Positions 62,801 through 64,000 of a DNA stretch of 64,000 nucleotides are shown here, piece after piece. A program made the translations under genes and the position numbers. The stretch is from Styela clava (Eukaryota), in assembly GCF_964204865.1 (NCBI RefSeq), contig NC_135253.1:20212001-20276000 (forward strand), given 5' to 3'. The notes under the pieces were generated by a model. It saw nothing but the letters and a program-made list of their open reading frames with translations. It ran no database searches and was not told the origin of the DNA. Numbering within the stretch: position 1 is the stretch's first letter; every line of letters begins with the position of its first letter.

Positions 62801-64000
62801 ATAAAGGCAGCACTACGACACATTTGGAGAGAAGCAGATACCTTATAGATTCGATTTTAATAAGTCAGAACAGTAGCAGCACGTTTTGAGTTGGCCATAT
62901 ATAATACCAAACATAGCGTATAATTTTTAATTTTATCAACCATGTATATGTAACATATTTAAAAACGGTTAGGTATTTCAACTTAATTTACTGGATAATT
63001 CATCAAACACTTTTCTCTCTTGGCCATACATCAAAACTGTATGTTCATTAAACTTGGAATTATTGTGCAAATCCCAAAATGCCAAAAAATGATTTGACGC
63101 CCTCTTGTGGATTATTTTCGGAATTTCGAAAAATTATCGTTTTTGAAAGCGCGATTTCTCAAAAACCGCCAATAAAGGCAGCACTACGACACATTCGGAG
63201 TGAAGCAGATACCTTATAGATTTGATTTCATTATGTCAGAACAGTAGCAGCATGTTTTGACTTGGCCATATATAATTTTATCAACTATGTAGATGTAACA
63301 TATTTAAAAACGGTTAGGTATTTCAACTTAATTTACTGGATAATTCACCAAACACTTTTCTCTCTTGGTCATACATCAAAACTGTATGTTCATTAAACTT
63401 GGAATAAGACGGCGAATCCTAAAATAACAAAAAATGATTTGACGCTCTCTTGTGGTGTTTTTTTGAAGTTTTGAAAAAATATCGTTTTTAAAAGGGCGAT
63501 TTCTCAAAAACCGCCAATAAAGGCAGCACTACGACACATTCGGAGAAAAGAAAATACCATATAGATTTCATTTCATTATGTCAGAACAACAGCAGCACGT
63601 TTTAACTTGGCCATATATAATACCAAATATAACGTGTATTTACAATTTTATAAACAATGTACACGTAACATATTGTAAAAAGATTTTGTATTTTAACTAA
63701 ATTTACTGGATAATTCATCAAACATCTTTTTTTTTGGACGTACACCAATAATGAACGTTCATCAAACTTGGAATAAGTTGCAAATTGTATAAAACAACAA
63801 AAAAATGACTTACGCCCCATAGTAAATTTGTTTAATATCTCGAACATACCGTTTTTGGAGTGGCGATTTCCACAAAACCGCCAATAAAGGCAGCACTACG
63901 ACACATTCGAAGAAAAGCAGATACTCCATAGATTTTGTTGAAATACCTAACCGTTTTTAAATATGTTACGTCTGCATTGTTTATAAAAGTTTGAATACAC
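59826..64000. repeat. Satellite array, ~370-bp monomer, at least 11 units, running off the window
   Basis: Marker CCGCCAATAAAG (CCTCC variant at 59829) recurs at 59829, 60200, 60573, 60943, 61314, 61684, 62054, 62425, 62795, 63166, 63511, 63878; orientation is reversed after ~63937. Confidence 0.95.

Noticed and set aside
59826-64000. CRISPR array or tandem RNA gene cluster
   Set aside because: Whole 370-bp units repeat with no unique spacers, the context is eukaryotic, and I recognise no 5S, snRNA, tRNA or SL sequence in the unit.

Overview
AT-rich eukaryotic (animal) genomic DNA with spliceosomal introns. The gene set and compact layout suggest an invertebrate chordate such as an ascidian, but this is inference only. 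The centre is a 15-exon BRF1 (TFIIIB) gene (+, 6524-41392, 679 aa after manual splicing). Its intron 3 is U12-type. Its 22.8-kb intron 5 hosts three other protein-coding genes: BTBD3/6-like (-, 10 exons), MGME1 (-, intronless CDS) and an unrecognised 5-exon gene of 444 aa on the same strand as BRF1. Flanking genes are tRNA-Cys(GCA), NATD1, DCAF4-like, a CyaB-like CYTH protein, ZNRD2/SSSCA1 and GPATCH4. Non-coding DNA is dense with small transposons: Merlin-like MITEs carrying TTAGGG motifs, hAT, piggyBac and Tc1/mariner-type MITEs, Helentron-like elements, tRNA-derived SINEs and a nested deleted hAT. The last 4.2 kb is a ~370-bp satellite with higher-order structure that switches orientation at ~63937. 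Gene models were assembled by eye and family names come from recalled protein motifs; no database search was run.
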